Assembly (NCBI GenBank): GCA_021776775.1 | Contig: JAJFFE010000175.1 | Span: forward strand, 12,562-76,561 | From: Planctomycetota bacterium | Lineage (GTDB): Bacteria > Planctomycetota > UBA8108 > UBA1146 > JAJFFE01 | Reading direction: 5' to 3' | DNA length: 64,000 nt | In this document: positions 18,562 to 29,200 of the stretch, in pieces | How positions within the stretch are numbered: position 1 is the stretch's first letter | How the letters are laid out: every line of letters starts with the position of its first letter | Made by a program: the position numbers and the translations under genes | Notes under the pieces: model-generated | Databases searched by the model: none | The model's input: the letters and a program-made list of their open reading frames with translations, nothing else | What the model was told of the DNA's origin: nothing

Positions 18562-21066
18562 TTACGGGCAGCCGGAGACGATACAGTCCAACGCATCCGG
18601 AGTCGGGTCCGTGCCGCAGGCTCCCGTCGGAGCGGGCAGTGACGGTGATCCCGGGATGAAGAGGGCCGCTAGTGAGTAGACCGCGTCCGAGATGTCGACC
18701 ACTCCGTCGTCGTTCGAGTCGGTCGCGTCCGTGCACTCGGGAGCGGGCGAAGCGGGGATGAAGAGCGCGGCCAAGGTGAACACCGCGTCCGAAATGTCGA
18801 AGGTCGTGTCGCCGTTGACATCTCCTCGTCGGAATTGATCGATCGTCGCCACCGGACTATCGAGCAGGAACTCGAGGAGCGCGGCCGCGAGCTCGATCTG
18901 GTCGCCGTCGTAACCCCCGAACTCCGTCGACACCGAGCAGACTCTTCCGCCCGAAGTCGGGTAGTAGGCGATCCCGGTGTTGTACACGATCGTCGAGCCA
19001 CCGCTGCCGTCGTCGGTCAGCAGCACGCGCGAGTCGCTCCCGACGTCATCTTCGCCGCCGTTGGCCGGCGCGATCTGATCGATCCAGTCGAGGGACGTCC
19101 CTTGGTCTTGAGTGTAGGTTGCGTCGAAACCGGTCAGGAAGTCACCGCCGATCATCCCTTCGTGGGTGTCGTCTCCATCGAGTGCGTCGGGGTGGACTCC
19201 GTCGATCGCCGCGAAGGCGGTTTGCGGATCGAACCCGAACGTGTCTCCACCCGACGCGTAGATCGCAGTTCCGGCCGCCTGTAGGGCAACCAGGGTTTCC
19301 CCGTCGAGCGGCGACATCGGATGGTTCGCGGGATACGTTCCCAGGATCACCCACAGCACGGCCGGGGGCACAGTGATCGACGACATGCTCGCGGGTCCGA
19401 CGATCACAGGATCGATGCCATGGGCGTTGAGCGCCGTCTCGAGCGCGGCCACGCTGTCGACGAGACCCGAGATACCTTCGCCGTAGAAGATCATGTGGAG
19501 GCCGGTGGCATCCCCGGGCGTCGTGGCCGTGCAACAGGTTTGCTCGGGAGAGTAGCCTGACAACACCGTTTCGATGCACACGTCGTAGGTGGTGTACTCG
19601 TTCAGGCCGTCGATCAACGCCGAGGTCGCGCTGCCGGGCAACGCCGACACCAAGGAACCATCGACGTAGATCAAGATCTCGTCGAACACTTGCGGGTTGT
19701 TCCAGGTGGCGATGATCTGCCCGAGGGAAGGATCGCAGTCCAGGCTATTGACCGGCGGGGCAGCGGGGAGATCGCATCCGACGTTGAGCACTCCGAGTCC
19801 AGTGGCGATGGAACTTCCGCCGACCTGGATCAGGAACTCATCGCCGATCGAGGCCGACTGGATGACGATCTCGGTCTGCGGGCCGCCCGAGTTGTCGTTG
19901 CAGTAGAGCGGCGAAACGCCGGGCACTGGGCAGCTCGTTCCCACCCAGATCGCGAGCCGCGTGTCGAACGCGCTTCCGAACGTGTCGACCGTCACGTCCC
20001 CGTCGCAGGTCGCGGTGTACGTGTACCAAATGTCGAGCGGCGTCGCGAACCCTCCGCACCCTGGCGCGATGCCGTCCGTGGTCGCGCAGATAGTACTGAA
20101 CGGGGTCGTGCCCGCGAACACCGGGATAGCACTGACGCAGTCGTCGTTGATGGGGGCAGCGGTGCTCGTGACGGTGAGCGTGCCGTCTCCCGTGGCGCCC
20201 GAGAAACCCGCGACTTGCACGTAGAGCGTTTGCCCGGCGACGGCGGGGATCGTCAATTCCGCGTTCAGTCCGCAGCTGTCGTTGAGACAATCAAGCGCGG
20301 CATCGCCAGGAAGCGGGCAGCCACTGGTACCATCCCAGACCGCAAGGGTGGTGTCGAAGCTGCTGCCGCAAGTGGCGAACGTCACGTCGGAATCACAGAC
20401 CACCTCGAACCGATACCAGACATCGACCGGGGATCCGGCGCCAGCGCAGCCGCTCGCGATGCCGGACGCCGTGGCCGACGGTGTGATGAACGGAGTCACC
20501 GACGGTTCCGTCACCACGATGGCATCGGCACAGGTATCGTTCGCGGGTGAGGGCGCGGGAGGCGGGGCATCCGAGAGGAACAAACTCCACTCGTTGAGGG
20601 TGCCGGTGTCGCCGCCGAAGTCGTCGAAGACCTCGAACGTCCACTCCCCCACTGAGTCCTCTCCGTGGAAATCCGACATCGCGCCGGGACCGAGAGCCTG
20701 CATCCAGTAACCCAACCCGGCCGTGAGCTGGAGGGGGTCGAACGCCATGCCGGAAGACGCGAACGTCACCAGAACATCATCGGCCCCCGCGCCGGCGTTC
20801 TGCATCAGTTTGACCGTGGTCCCGGCGGGCGAGGTCACGTCGATGTCGAGGTCGGATTGAAACGTGTGCGCAATGTCCACCCCGACCCGGATGTCCTGGA
20901 TCGTGAGCGCGTCCGCGATCGTCATCGTGTCGGTCACCGTCTGGTAATCGAGGATCGCCGATCCCGGAGCGCTCGATTGCACGATATCGGTGGCCCAGCC
21001 CGGACTCGCCCAGACCACGGCCACCCCGATCACCATCACCCTGGTCACACTGTCGCGGAGTCTCAT
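18562..21066 (-). CDS. Secreted multidomain protein: signal peptide, proprotein-convertase P-domain-like module, two pre-peptidase C-terminal (PPC)-like domains, C-terminal dockerin-like module
   Basis: Signal peptide MRLRDSVTRVMVIGVAVVWASPGWA (ATG 21066; the ORF extends to 21153). IQDIRVGVDIAHTFQSDLDIDVTSPAGTTVKL is P-domain-like. PANDTCADAIVV...VWYRFEV and PINDDCVSAIPV...IWYTYTA are PPC-like. C-terminal RRGDVNGDTTFDISDAVFTLAALF...DSNDDGVVDISDAVYSLAALF...CGTDPTPDALDC. Paralog of 48001-50682. Confidence 0.8.
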   Translation of the reverse strand: MRLRDSVTRVMVIGVAVVWASPGWATDIVQSSAPGSAILDYQTVTDTMTIADALTIQDIRVGVDIAHTFQSDLDIDVTSPAGTTVKLMQNAGAGADDVLVTFASSGMAFDPLQLTAGLGYWMQALGPGAMSDFHGEDSVGEWTFEVFDDFGGDTGTLNEWSLFLSDAPPPAPSPANDTCADAIVVTEPSVTPFITPSATASGIASGCAGAGSPVDVWYRFEVVCDSDVTFATCGSSFDTTLAVWDGTSGCPLPGDAALDCLNDSCGLNAELTIPAVAGQTLYVQVAGFSGATGDGTLTVTSTAAPINDDCVSAIPVFAGTTPFSTICATTDGIAPGCGGFATPLDIWYTYTATCDGDVTVDTFGSAFDTRLAIWVGTSCPVPGVSPLYCNDNSGGPQTEIVIQSASIGDEFLIQVGGSSIATGLGVLNVGCDLPAAPPVNSLDCDPSLGQIIATWNNPQVFDEILIYVDGSLVSALPGSATSALIDGLNEYTTYDVCIETVLSGYSPEQTCCTATTPGDATGLHMIFYGEGISGLVDSVAALETALNAHGIDPVIVGPASMSSITVPPAVLWVILGTYPANHPMSPLDGETLVALQAAGTAIYASGGDTFGFDPQTAFAAIDGVHPDALDGDDTHEGMIGGDFLTGFDATYTQDQGTSLDWIDQIAPANGGEDDVGSDSRVLLTDDGSGGSTIVYNTGIAYYPTSGGRVCSVSTEFGGYDGDQIELAAALLEFLLDSPVATIDQFRRGDVNGDTTFDISDAVFTLAALFIPASPAPECTDATDSNDDGVVDISDAVYSLAALFIPGSPSLPAPTGACGTDPTPDALDCIVSGCP

Positions 21067-21531
21067 CGAGCGCCTCGCCTTCGCACCGTTCGGACCAACG
21101 AGACGGAATGCCGGATCCGCGAGGATAGCCCGCCAAGAGTTCTTCTCGGTCATCTTGTTTCCGGTACGGTCCGAAATGGAATCGTTGGAGGCGTGCTCCT
21201 CGTGGAAGATCGTTCCGCGATCGCCCTCCGGAGCCCCGCTGCGTGTGGCTCTTTGAGTCGAAAAGTCCTATCGGTTCGCGGCGGCGATCGACGGCTTGTG
21301 ATTCTTCTTTGTCTTCATCTTCTTCGCCCCCGACTTCTTTCCTGCGCTCATGAATCAATCCAGTTCTGCAAGTCTGATCGACCGCGTGAAGAGCCCGCGG
21401 GTCCGGCCGGGCCGCATTTGGATGAACACGGCTGTGGCGTCCGCGGCGGAGCGAAACCACATGGCCTGAGTGCGGAGCCGGTTCTATTCTGATATCCTGA
21501 TTCTTGCCCCCAACATACCGATTTTTACGGA

Positions 21532-22524
21532 GTGAGGACTCGAGCGAGCATGCTGGGAACCTGTCGATTTGTTGGCCGCGCGTGGGTCTTGCTGTGGGTT
21601 TTGCTGGTCGCGGTTCTAGTGGGATGCCAACGCGAGACCGAGGCGCCGATCCGTCTCGGGATCCTGGTCTGGCCGCCGTACGAGACCTTTTTCCTCGCGC
21701 GCGACCTCGGCCACTACGACGACGTTGCGGTGGAACTCGTGGAGTATCGCACGCCGGCCGAGGTGCTTCGTGCTTATCAGAACGAAGTGCTCGATGGCGT
21801 CGCCATGACCACCGACTTCCTCCTCCAGCTGTCGACGATCGATTCGGACCACCGTGCGGTCCTCGTGATCGACTCCTCGTCCGGCGGAGACGTGTTGCTG
21901 GGTCAGTCCGATATCAGTGACATTCGGGAACTGCGCGGACGCAAGATCGGAGTGGAGATGAGCACGCTGGGCCAGTTGATGCTTCCGCGCTCCCTGCAGT
22001 CGGCGGACCTGAGGCCTTCCGATGTCGAGCTGGTGTTCCTCGACGTTCCGGATCACGAGGCAGCCTTTGCTGCGCGGAAGGTCGAAGCCGTGGTTACCTA
22101 TGAGCCGGTCCGGACTCAGCTTCTCGGCCAAGGCGCCACGCTCTTGTTCGATAGTTCGCGCATACCGAACGAGATCGTCGATGTCCTGTTCGTGCGCGAG
22201 AGCGTCCTCGATGCGCGAGAGCCTACACTGCGACGTGTCGTGGACGGTTACTTCTCGGCGCTCGAGCACTTGCACAAGAGTCCTCGCGACGCGGCGGATC
22301 GGATCGCGCCCCGGGAGAAGCTCAAACCCGAAGAGTTTCTCGCCGCGCTCGAGCTAGTCCACCTGCCCGATCGAGCGGAGAACCAGAAACTCTTGGGTGG
22401 GGAGACTCCGGGGCTGATCTCGAACTTCCAGCGAATTCTTCCGGTGCTAGTCGAGAACCAAAAGGTCGCGGACACCCTCGACCTCCAGAACCTGACGGAC
22501 GATCGCCTTGTCCGCGCGCGCTAG
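21532..22524 (+). CDS. NMT1/SsuA-like periplasmic substrate-binding lipoprotein
   Basis: Lipobox LLVAVLVGC. NMT1/THI5-like SBP fold signature. Its stop overlaps the start of the downstream sensor kinase. Confidence 0.7.
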   Translation: MRTRASMLGTCRFVGRAWVLLWVLLVAVLVGCQRETEAPIRLGILVWPPYETFFLARDLGHYDDVAVELVEYRTPAEVLRAYQNEVLDGVAMTTDFLLQLSTIDSDHRAVLVIDSSSGGDVLLGQSDISDIRELRGRKIGVEMSTLGQLMLPRSLQSADLRPSDVELVFLDVPDHEAAFAARKVEAVVTYEPVRTQLLGQGATLLFDSSRIPNEIVDVLFVRESVLDAREPTLRRVVDGYFSALEHLHKSPRDAADRIAPREKLKPEEFLAALELVHLPDRAENQKLLGGETPGLISNFQRILPVLVENQKVADTLDLQNLTDDRLVRAR

Positions 22525-24424
22525 CCACCTCCACAGTCTGTCGTCGATCGTCCCGGCGGTCATCTTCCTGTTCGGGAGCGTAGCGCTGATTCTGTTTGCT
22601 CTGCAGCACTTCAGCAGCTCGTTGGACGCACTTCGTGCACATGAGAGACGGTTGGGCACGTTGCTCGGCCTCAACATCTCCGCCTCGTTGGAAGCCGACC
22701 TTCGTCGTGGCGACACGGGGGCGGCAAGGCGAGTCGTCGAGCGAGCGAACCTGACCCGGGGGCTCGAGTTCGCCTTGTACGCGACGCCGACGGATGAAGT
22801 CGCGTACGCCACGTCGTCGAGTTATGTCGGGAACGATGTTCGTCGGGTGGTGCCCGAGTCCTGGCTGGCTCGAATCGACTTCGCCCGCCGGGACATGCGA
22901 GCGCACGTGGCGGTTGTGTCGGATCGCGACACCGTAGTCGGCGTCTACCCGGTCTTCCTCGACACCCTGGACGCTGCGCCGGCCGGAATCTTCCTGCACG
23001 AGCACAGCTTTGCTTCCGAGCGAGCGGACGTTGTCCGAGAGGCGTGGTTCACGATCTTCGTCGGTGGAGTCTGCTTGGCGGCACTGTGTCTGTCACTCTG
23101 GGCACTGCTTCGGAAAGTGCTCCTACAGCGGATCGATCGAGTGAAGGATTTCGCCAGCGTTCTTGCGAGCGGCGAGGGGACGCCCACCGTCGAAGTCTCG
23201 GGACAAGACGAGATCGGCGTGCTGGCCCGGCATCTGGAGAGCGCAGCGGAGACGCTCGCGAACCGTAACCGCATGTTGTACCAATCGCAGAAAATGGAGG
23301 CCGTCGGCCGGCTCGCGGGCGGTGTTGCCCACGACTTCAACAACTTGCTGACCGTGATCTTCTGCGAGTGCGACATGCTTCGTCAGAAGGCCGGGGACGA
23401 TCCCGAGCGAAGAAAGGAAGCGGTTCGAGACATCCAACACGCGGCGAAGCATGCCGCGAGTCTGACTCAGCAGCTACTCGCCTTCAGTCGCCAGGATCTT
23501 CCCCAGACCATCGTGATTCAACCGGCGACCGTCATCGAGAAAATGTCATCCATGCTCGATCGTGTGATCGGTCCCTATCACGTGTTGGAGGTCTCCGGAG
23601 AGACTTCGTCGCACGTGCGCATCGATCGCACGCACCTCGAGCAGATCGTTCTGAACCTGGTCGTCAATGCCAGAGATGCCATGGCCGATGGTGGTTGTAT
23701 TCGGGTGAGTTGCCGGGAGGTTGCGGGCACGGACGATTTTGCCGAGGCGTGGGTCGCCATCAGCGTGACCGATACGGGCCGCGGAATTCCCCCGGAGTTG
23801 AAAGAGAAGATCTTCGAGCCCTTCTTCACGACGAAACCTCTCGACAAGGGAACCGGGTTGGGATTGTCGACGGTCTTCACGGTGGTCTCGCAAGCGCAAG
23901 GGCGAATCGAAGTCGAGAGCGACGCCGCGACCGGGACTCGAATCGATGTGTTCCTGCCGGCGACCGACCTGGCCATCACGAAGGCAACGGACAGCGACGA
24001 AGCAGGGGACGTGGCAGGCGACGAGCTCGACGCGTCAAGCGTGCGGGTGCTCCTGTGCGAGGACGACCCCGAAGTGAGGGCGTCGACGGCCGAGACCCTC
24101 GCCCGTCTCGGGTTCGATGTTCTGGCCGAGCCGGACGGCCACGCGGCTCTCGCGAGCCTGTCCCGAGATGTCGACCGCTTCGAAGTGCTGCTGACGGACG
24201 TTCTGATGCCAGAGGTGAACGGTATCGATCTCGCTCGCGCTGCGGTCGAGGTGAAGCCCGACCTGCGGATCGTCTTCTTCTCGGGCTACACCTCGGGGTT
24301 CTCGGTCGAAGACCTCGAAGAGTTCGACGATGCGGTCTTTCTCCCGAAGCCGTTCTCGAGCCGAGACCTGGCGGCCGCTTGCCGAGGCGAACATTCGAAG
24401 GCCCCCGCCGGAGAGAGTGAGTGA
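22508..24424 (+). CDS. Hybrid sensor histidine kinase (TM sensor, HisKA, HATPase_c, C-terminal receiver)
   Basis: HisKA H-box GGVAHDFNNLLTVI. HATPase N/G boxes (NLVVNARDAM, DTGRGIP, GTGLGLS). Receiver domain VLLCEDDPEVR...LLTDVLMPEVNG...FSGY. Confidence 0.85.
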   Translation: MSARASHLHSLSSIVPAVIFLFGSVALILFALQHFSSSLDALRAHERRLGTLLGLNISASLEADLRRGDTGAARRVVERANLTRGLEFALYATPTDEVAYATSSSYVGNDVRRVVPESWLARIDFARRDMRAHVAVVSDRDTVVGVYPVFLDTLDAAPAGIFLHEHSFASERADVVREAWFTIFVGGVCLAALCLSLWALLRKVLLQRIDRVKDFASVLASGEGTPTVEVSGQDEIGVLARHLESAAETLANRNRMLYQSQKMEAVGRLAGGVAHDFNNLLTVIFCECDMLRQKAGDDPERRKEAVRDIQHAAKHAASLTQQLLAFSRQDLPQTIVIQPATVIEKMSSMLDRVIGPYHVLEVSGETSSHVRIDRTHLEQIVLNLVVNARDAMADGGCIRVSCREVAGTDDFAEAWVAISVTDTGRGIPPELKEKIFEPFFTTKPLDKGTGLGLSTVFTVVSQAQGRIEVESDAATGTRIDVFLPATDLAITKATDSDEAGDVAGDELDASSVRVLLCEDDPEVRASTAETLARLGFDVLAEPDGHAALASLSRDVDRFEVLLTDVLMPEVNGIDLARAAVEVKPDLRIVFFSGYTSGFSVEDLEEFDDAVFLPKPFSSRDLAAACRGEHSKAPAGESE

Positions 24425-24514
24425 GGCAGGTTCACGAGACTCGCCTTGCGTCGCCGCCAGACGTCGCGCACTCACCCGTGAGCAGGCCATGTCGTTCGGA
24501 CGCTAAATCGGAAA

Positions 24515-24955
24515 GTGCTCATGGACTCCAACCTTGTCTCACCGCAACCCACCTCAAAGCGAGTGGCCAGGGCGACCGTCTCGCTCGTCGGTGCCGCGGT
24601 GCTCATCCTCGCCGGACTCCTTGCGCATCGACACTACTGGTCCTGGGGATACGCAGACGAGCCGACCATGATCACGGTCCTACCCTTCGGAGTGACGGAG
24701 CTGTTCCAAGGCACGACCTATCTCCCGACGGGCCTTCGTCTAGACACCGCGTTCCCCCGCTTCGCCGTGTTGGGCGGACCGGAACGTGTCGTCGTCGTTT
24801 CCGATTCGCGCGGCGAGGTCTGTCGGTTGGGTGGTCTCGTTTCGGTGCAGATGAGTCCCGGCACTATCTCCTCGCCGAACGAGGCGCGTCACTGGCGCCA
24901 CGACATCTCCGAGGAAATCCGAAGTAGGTTTAGACCGCCGACCCGCAGTCGATGA
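24515..24955 (+). CDS. Hypothetical membrane-anchored protein, possibly the 5' part of the degraded WD40 gene. Contains repeat B1.
   Basis: 146-aa ORF with TM VSLVGAAVLILAGLLA. Bases 24630-24678 are the copy of repeat B. Confidence 0.35.
   Translation: MLMDSNLVSPQPTSKRVARATVSLVGAAVLILAGLLAHRHYWSWGYADEPTMITVLPFGVTELFQGTTYLPTGLRLDTAFPRFAVLGGPERVVVVSDSRGEVCRLGGLVSVQMSPGTISSPNEARHWRHDISEEIRSRFRPPTRSR
24630..24678. repeat. Direct repeat B, copy 1 (~50 bp, 2 mismatches to 36970-37018)
   Basis: cgacactactggtcctggggatacgcagacgagccgaccatgatcacgg versus cgacactactggtccgggggatacgcagacgagccgaccatgatcacgg. Confidence 0.85.
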
Positions 24956-25868
24956 ACGAGGACGGCTCGGATCACACCCACCGTGACGATCGAGCTGCCC
25001 GTCACGTCATCACCAACGACGCCGACGGACCCGCGTCCGTATGGGATGTCGCGAAGGGAGAGAAGATCGCCACGCTGGAAGGTCCCGTGACGCGATTCAA
25101 GGGAGCCGCGATGTCTCCGACCGGCACGCACTTCGCCGCGACGGACGACGATCGATTGGTGCTCTGGCATATCCCGAGCGGTCGACGGATCGCCGAAGCG
25201 ACATCGCCGCGACGAATGTCGGGACGGATCGCGTTTTCATCAGATGGACTCCATGTCGTCTCGGCGCACGGCGTGAACGCCGAGATTCGCAGCATCGAAT
25301 CCTTCGGTGACCCGCAGGCCATCGGCGACGAGGATCATGTCACCGGTTCACGACGGTGCCAACTTCTCAGCGAATCGTTACGGCGGGCCTGCGCGCTCTG
25401 GGGGTGTACGATCTCCCGTCCGGCGCGCGCGTTCGCACCATCCCGACCGAGAGCCCCGTGGTGGGGCCGATGCGCACCGCCGCCGACGGACGAACGATCG
25501 CCGCGGTATGCGAGGATCGCTCCGTCAAGGTCTGGGGACTCGACGGAACCCCGGGCCCGCGATTGATCGGGCACCGGGATGATGTCATCGACTTCGTCTT
25601 CGAGCGTTCCGGTCGTCGGATCGCCACGATCAGCCGGGACCGTACCGCCCGTCTCTGGCGAGCCGACGATGGCACGCTGCTCGAGACCGTGCGTGTCGCG
25701 AGTATGCCGACCGCGCCGATGATGGGGAGCAATGGTTGGTCGGCACGTCGGCCGGTCTCTTGTTGATCGGCGACATCGGCCCCGATTCCCGTACGCCGAA
25801 CGAAATCCAGCGACTGATCGAAGAGCGGAATCCGTGGCAGTTCGACGAGGGACGACTCGTCCCGCGTT
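24952..25868 (+). pseudogene. WD40-repeat protein disrupted by at least two frameshifts
   Basis: WD40 units lie in three consecutive frames: ASVWDVAKGEKIATLEGP, LVLWHIPSGRRI and IAFSSDGLHVVSAH in frame 1 (24952-25330); SVKVWGLDG, GHRDDV and ARLWRADDGTLLETV in frame 0 (25356-25766); tail GEQWLVGTSAGLLLIGD...stop in frame 1 to 25868. Confidence 0.6.
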
Positions 25869-26211
25869 GAAGGGAGCTTCATTAAGAACTCTGTTGTCGG
25901 GACTGGCGTCGCAAGGAATGGGCCGAGCGGATGGTCGAGCAGGTGCTGCTCGAAGTCCCCTACGCCCCCCTTGCCTTCACCATCCCGGAAGCTCTTGCTC
26001 GGCTCTGAACCAGGTCACTCTCTGCGGCAGCCAGCGTTCGCACGCCGCTTCGAGTCACAATGTAGAAGCGAACCTGTCCTTGCGTCGGCAGGGGGTACCC
26101 GGTGTCCTCTTCCATCTCGCCGAGGTACTCGGCTGCGTCGCGTAACGTCTTCTTGGTGAGCGTTGCGACGTCTAGATGTTCACCGGACCCGAAGAAGCCC
26201 CCGCCGCTGAA

Positions 26212-29200
26212 CTATGGGCAGGGGGCACCGCACTCCAACGTGTCAGGAGTGGGGTCGACACCGCAGTTTTGGTCACCAGGACTTGGGGGAAGGGCGCCAC
26301 TTGAGAACAAGGCGGAGAGGGTAAAAATCGCGTCGCCAATATCGATATTCCCGTCGTCGTTGGCGTCCGCCGAGTCCTCGCACGACGGGTCCGCCCCCCC
26401 GGAAAACAGGTGGCTCAGAGTGAAGATGGCATCTCCGATGTCGAAGAGCGTGTCACTGTTTGCATCGCCGCGCCTGAACGTTGGCGACGTACAAACATCG
26501 AGTACACCGTCACCGTCGCTGTCGAGTGACGGGTTCGACGCAATCTGGATCTCGTCTTCGACGCCGTCACCGTCGCAGTCGTTGAAGTCTAGCTCCTGCG
26601 CGCATTCGGGGAGGTCGCCGACGAACGGAACGGCTCCGAGATCATCAATAGTACTCGACTCACCGCCGAGTTCGATGGCGATAGAGCTAGAGCTCAACCC
26701 GAAGTCGGCCCACGGAGTGTTGCTTTCGCAGCTAGGTGCCACCAGCAACGGATCGATGTATGTGCTCATGGACGGGGCCAAGTTGCTATGGAACGCGGGT
26801 CCCGCAATCGCAGAGCACCAACCCAAGTTGTCGTAGAAAAAGTCTCCCCCCGCCGGAAGCACGGTGCCACTGTACGCTTGCCAGTGCTCGTTCTCTGTGA
26901 ACACATTGTCGTGAATTCGAAGTGGCGTCAGGGCGGCTCCGATGAAATGCAAGCCGCCCCCTTGATTCACAATGGAGCTTCCTGTGTTCGAAAAGATCGT
27001 GTTGTGCCGAATGATCGCTCGGACGCCATCGAGGTAGAGACCCGCCGCGAAGAACGAAGGGGGAGGTGGCGCCATGGGGCCCTTGCCATCTATCTCGCAA
27101 AGCTGCTGGACCTCATTACAGTAGATCAAGTTGTGTTCGACGGTAGCGCGGCACTTGTCGAGCAGCATGATTCCCCCACCGACCTGCGAAACATTGCGTC
27201 GCACGATGTTGCCGCAAAGCGTAAACGGCGTATCGTTCTGACTCTCGACAAATACGCCGCCACCTTTGGAGTCACAGCCAAGGGTTCGATTCGAATCGAT
27301 GTCATTACCGAGCACATCGGGCGCAACGTATCGACCCAAGTAGATCCCTCCACCAAAGTCTTCGGACAGATTGCTACGGATCGTGTTGTTCGCAACGACG
27401 CCAGTAGCAATTGGAGGATCCAGGGGGTCCATCGGGAAATCGGTGATCCAACAGACTCCACCGCCGAACGATACGGACGACCCCGGAGAGCCTGGATCGG
27501 GTTCAGATCCGTGGTTTACAATTTCGTTCCCACGAATCTCGACGTGCCCGACCGTTCGAATGTAGATACCACCTCCCGCCCCGGCAGCTTCGTTTCCCGC
27601 GATCAGGCTGTCGACGATCGTGGCGTCCGCGTCAATGAGACAAATGCCGCCGCCCGATCCGGCCGTGATGTTTCCACTGATTTCGCACGCCCGAATCGTT
27701 GGATTCGAGCCTTCGATAATCGTGATGCCTCCGCCGTGATCCAAGTCAGCTTGTTCGTTCTTGGTGAAGCGACAGTTGTATATCAATGACTCCGACGAAG
27801 ACCCAATTTCCAGCCCTGAGTTGCCGTGGATGAATGTGAGATGGCTCACGCAAACAGTGTCGTCGCAATCGGCGATTCTCAAGGTTGCCTCGGTAGGCGT
27901 CCCAGTGGCTAAGGCTGAAACCGCGACTCCGTCACTCGTGGTGATGGTGACCAGCGACTTGTTGTTCAATTCCAGTGGTCCCGCATGGTCGGGGGCCACG
28001 TCGTCGCCTTCGAATACGATGCAGTCTCCCGGAACAGCATTGTCGAGGCATAGCTGCCGTTCGACTTGCGTCGCATACGGAGAAACCAGGATCGGTGCGA
28101 CCACGTACTCCATGGAAACTGTCGCTACCGCTTGGCCGCAGTCGGTCTCGAAGCTGACTTCGGCCGGGATCGTAGTTCCATCAGAACAATCACAACCCGG
28201 CGCAATCGCCGGCATCGTCACCAAGACTTGATCTCCCGTCGCGTCGACGACTTCCGCCAGTGAAGCTCCGAACGCCGAGATCACGGTTACGGTGAGAGTC
28301 GAGTCGAAACCGACACCGCTAAACGTAACGTCGGTTCCGCCGGTGGTCAGCAGATCCGCCGGGGTACCCAAGATTCCGAACACAGTGGGTAGAGCGACCA
28401 GCTCGATCGGAGCCGTTGTCACCTGCCCGCACGCGTTGGTGGCTTGCACCGTGTAGGCTCCGGCGTCGTCGGATCCAGCGGGATCGATCAAAAGTTGCTC
28501 CGAGGTGGCGCCGGCGATTGCGATCGCGTCTTTGTACCACTGGATCATCGCCGTCCCCTCGACATCGACCGCCAGGTCGATAGCTCCGCAAAATTGAACC
28601 GGGCCCGCCGGCAGCGTCACGGTCGGAGGCTGAAGCACCGTGACGGTCACCGCTTGGCACGGGCCCATGCACCCTGAGGTGTTCTGGACTCGCGCGTAGT
28701 AGATGGTGCTTTCTGACGGCGCGACGAGGTAATGCTCGCCGACGGTCTCGGAGCCGCCGAAGCACGCTTCACTCCAGACGACGATATCGAGCGGGTCCGT
28801 GGGCGCCTCTGCCTCAAGCGTGATCGACTCCCCAGCGCAAATAGTGACGTCGCTGGAAATCAAAGTAGCCGAAGCCACGGCAACGAACGTAACATCGACG
28901 GCGAGGCATTGATCGCTTTCGCAGTCAACGTCCAAGCTCTTCGCGTAATACGTCGTCGCGGGGTACGCCGTGGACGTAACGCCGATTGCGACGCCGCTGC
29001 CTGTCTCACCGACGACGGTTCCGGCGTTTACTCCACAACCCCCCTCGTACCAACGAATCGTATTGGTAGGATCAGCGGCAGTCGCGGTTAGAAACACCTC
29101 GGTGCCGTAACACACGAGCGACTCTGAAACCGAAGCCGAAGTCGGAACCGCGGGCGTCGCCCCGAACACAATAGTAATGCTGGCGCAGTCCGGGCTTGCG

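Noticed and set aside
21154-21531. 380-bp intergenic region between the dockerin/P-domain gene and the SBP gene, checked for small RNAs or tRNA
   Set aside because: No tRNA-like structure or conserved riboswitch motif recognised. It probably carries divergent promoters only.
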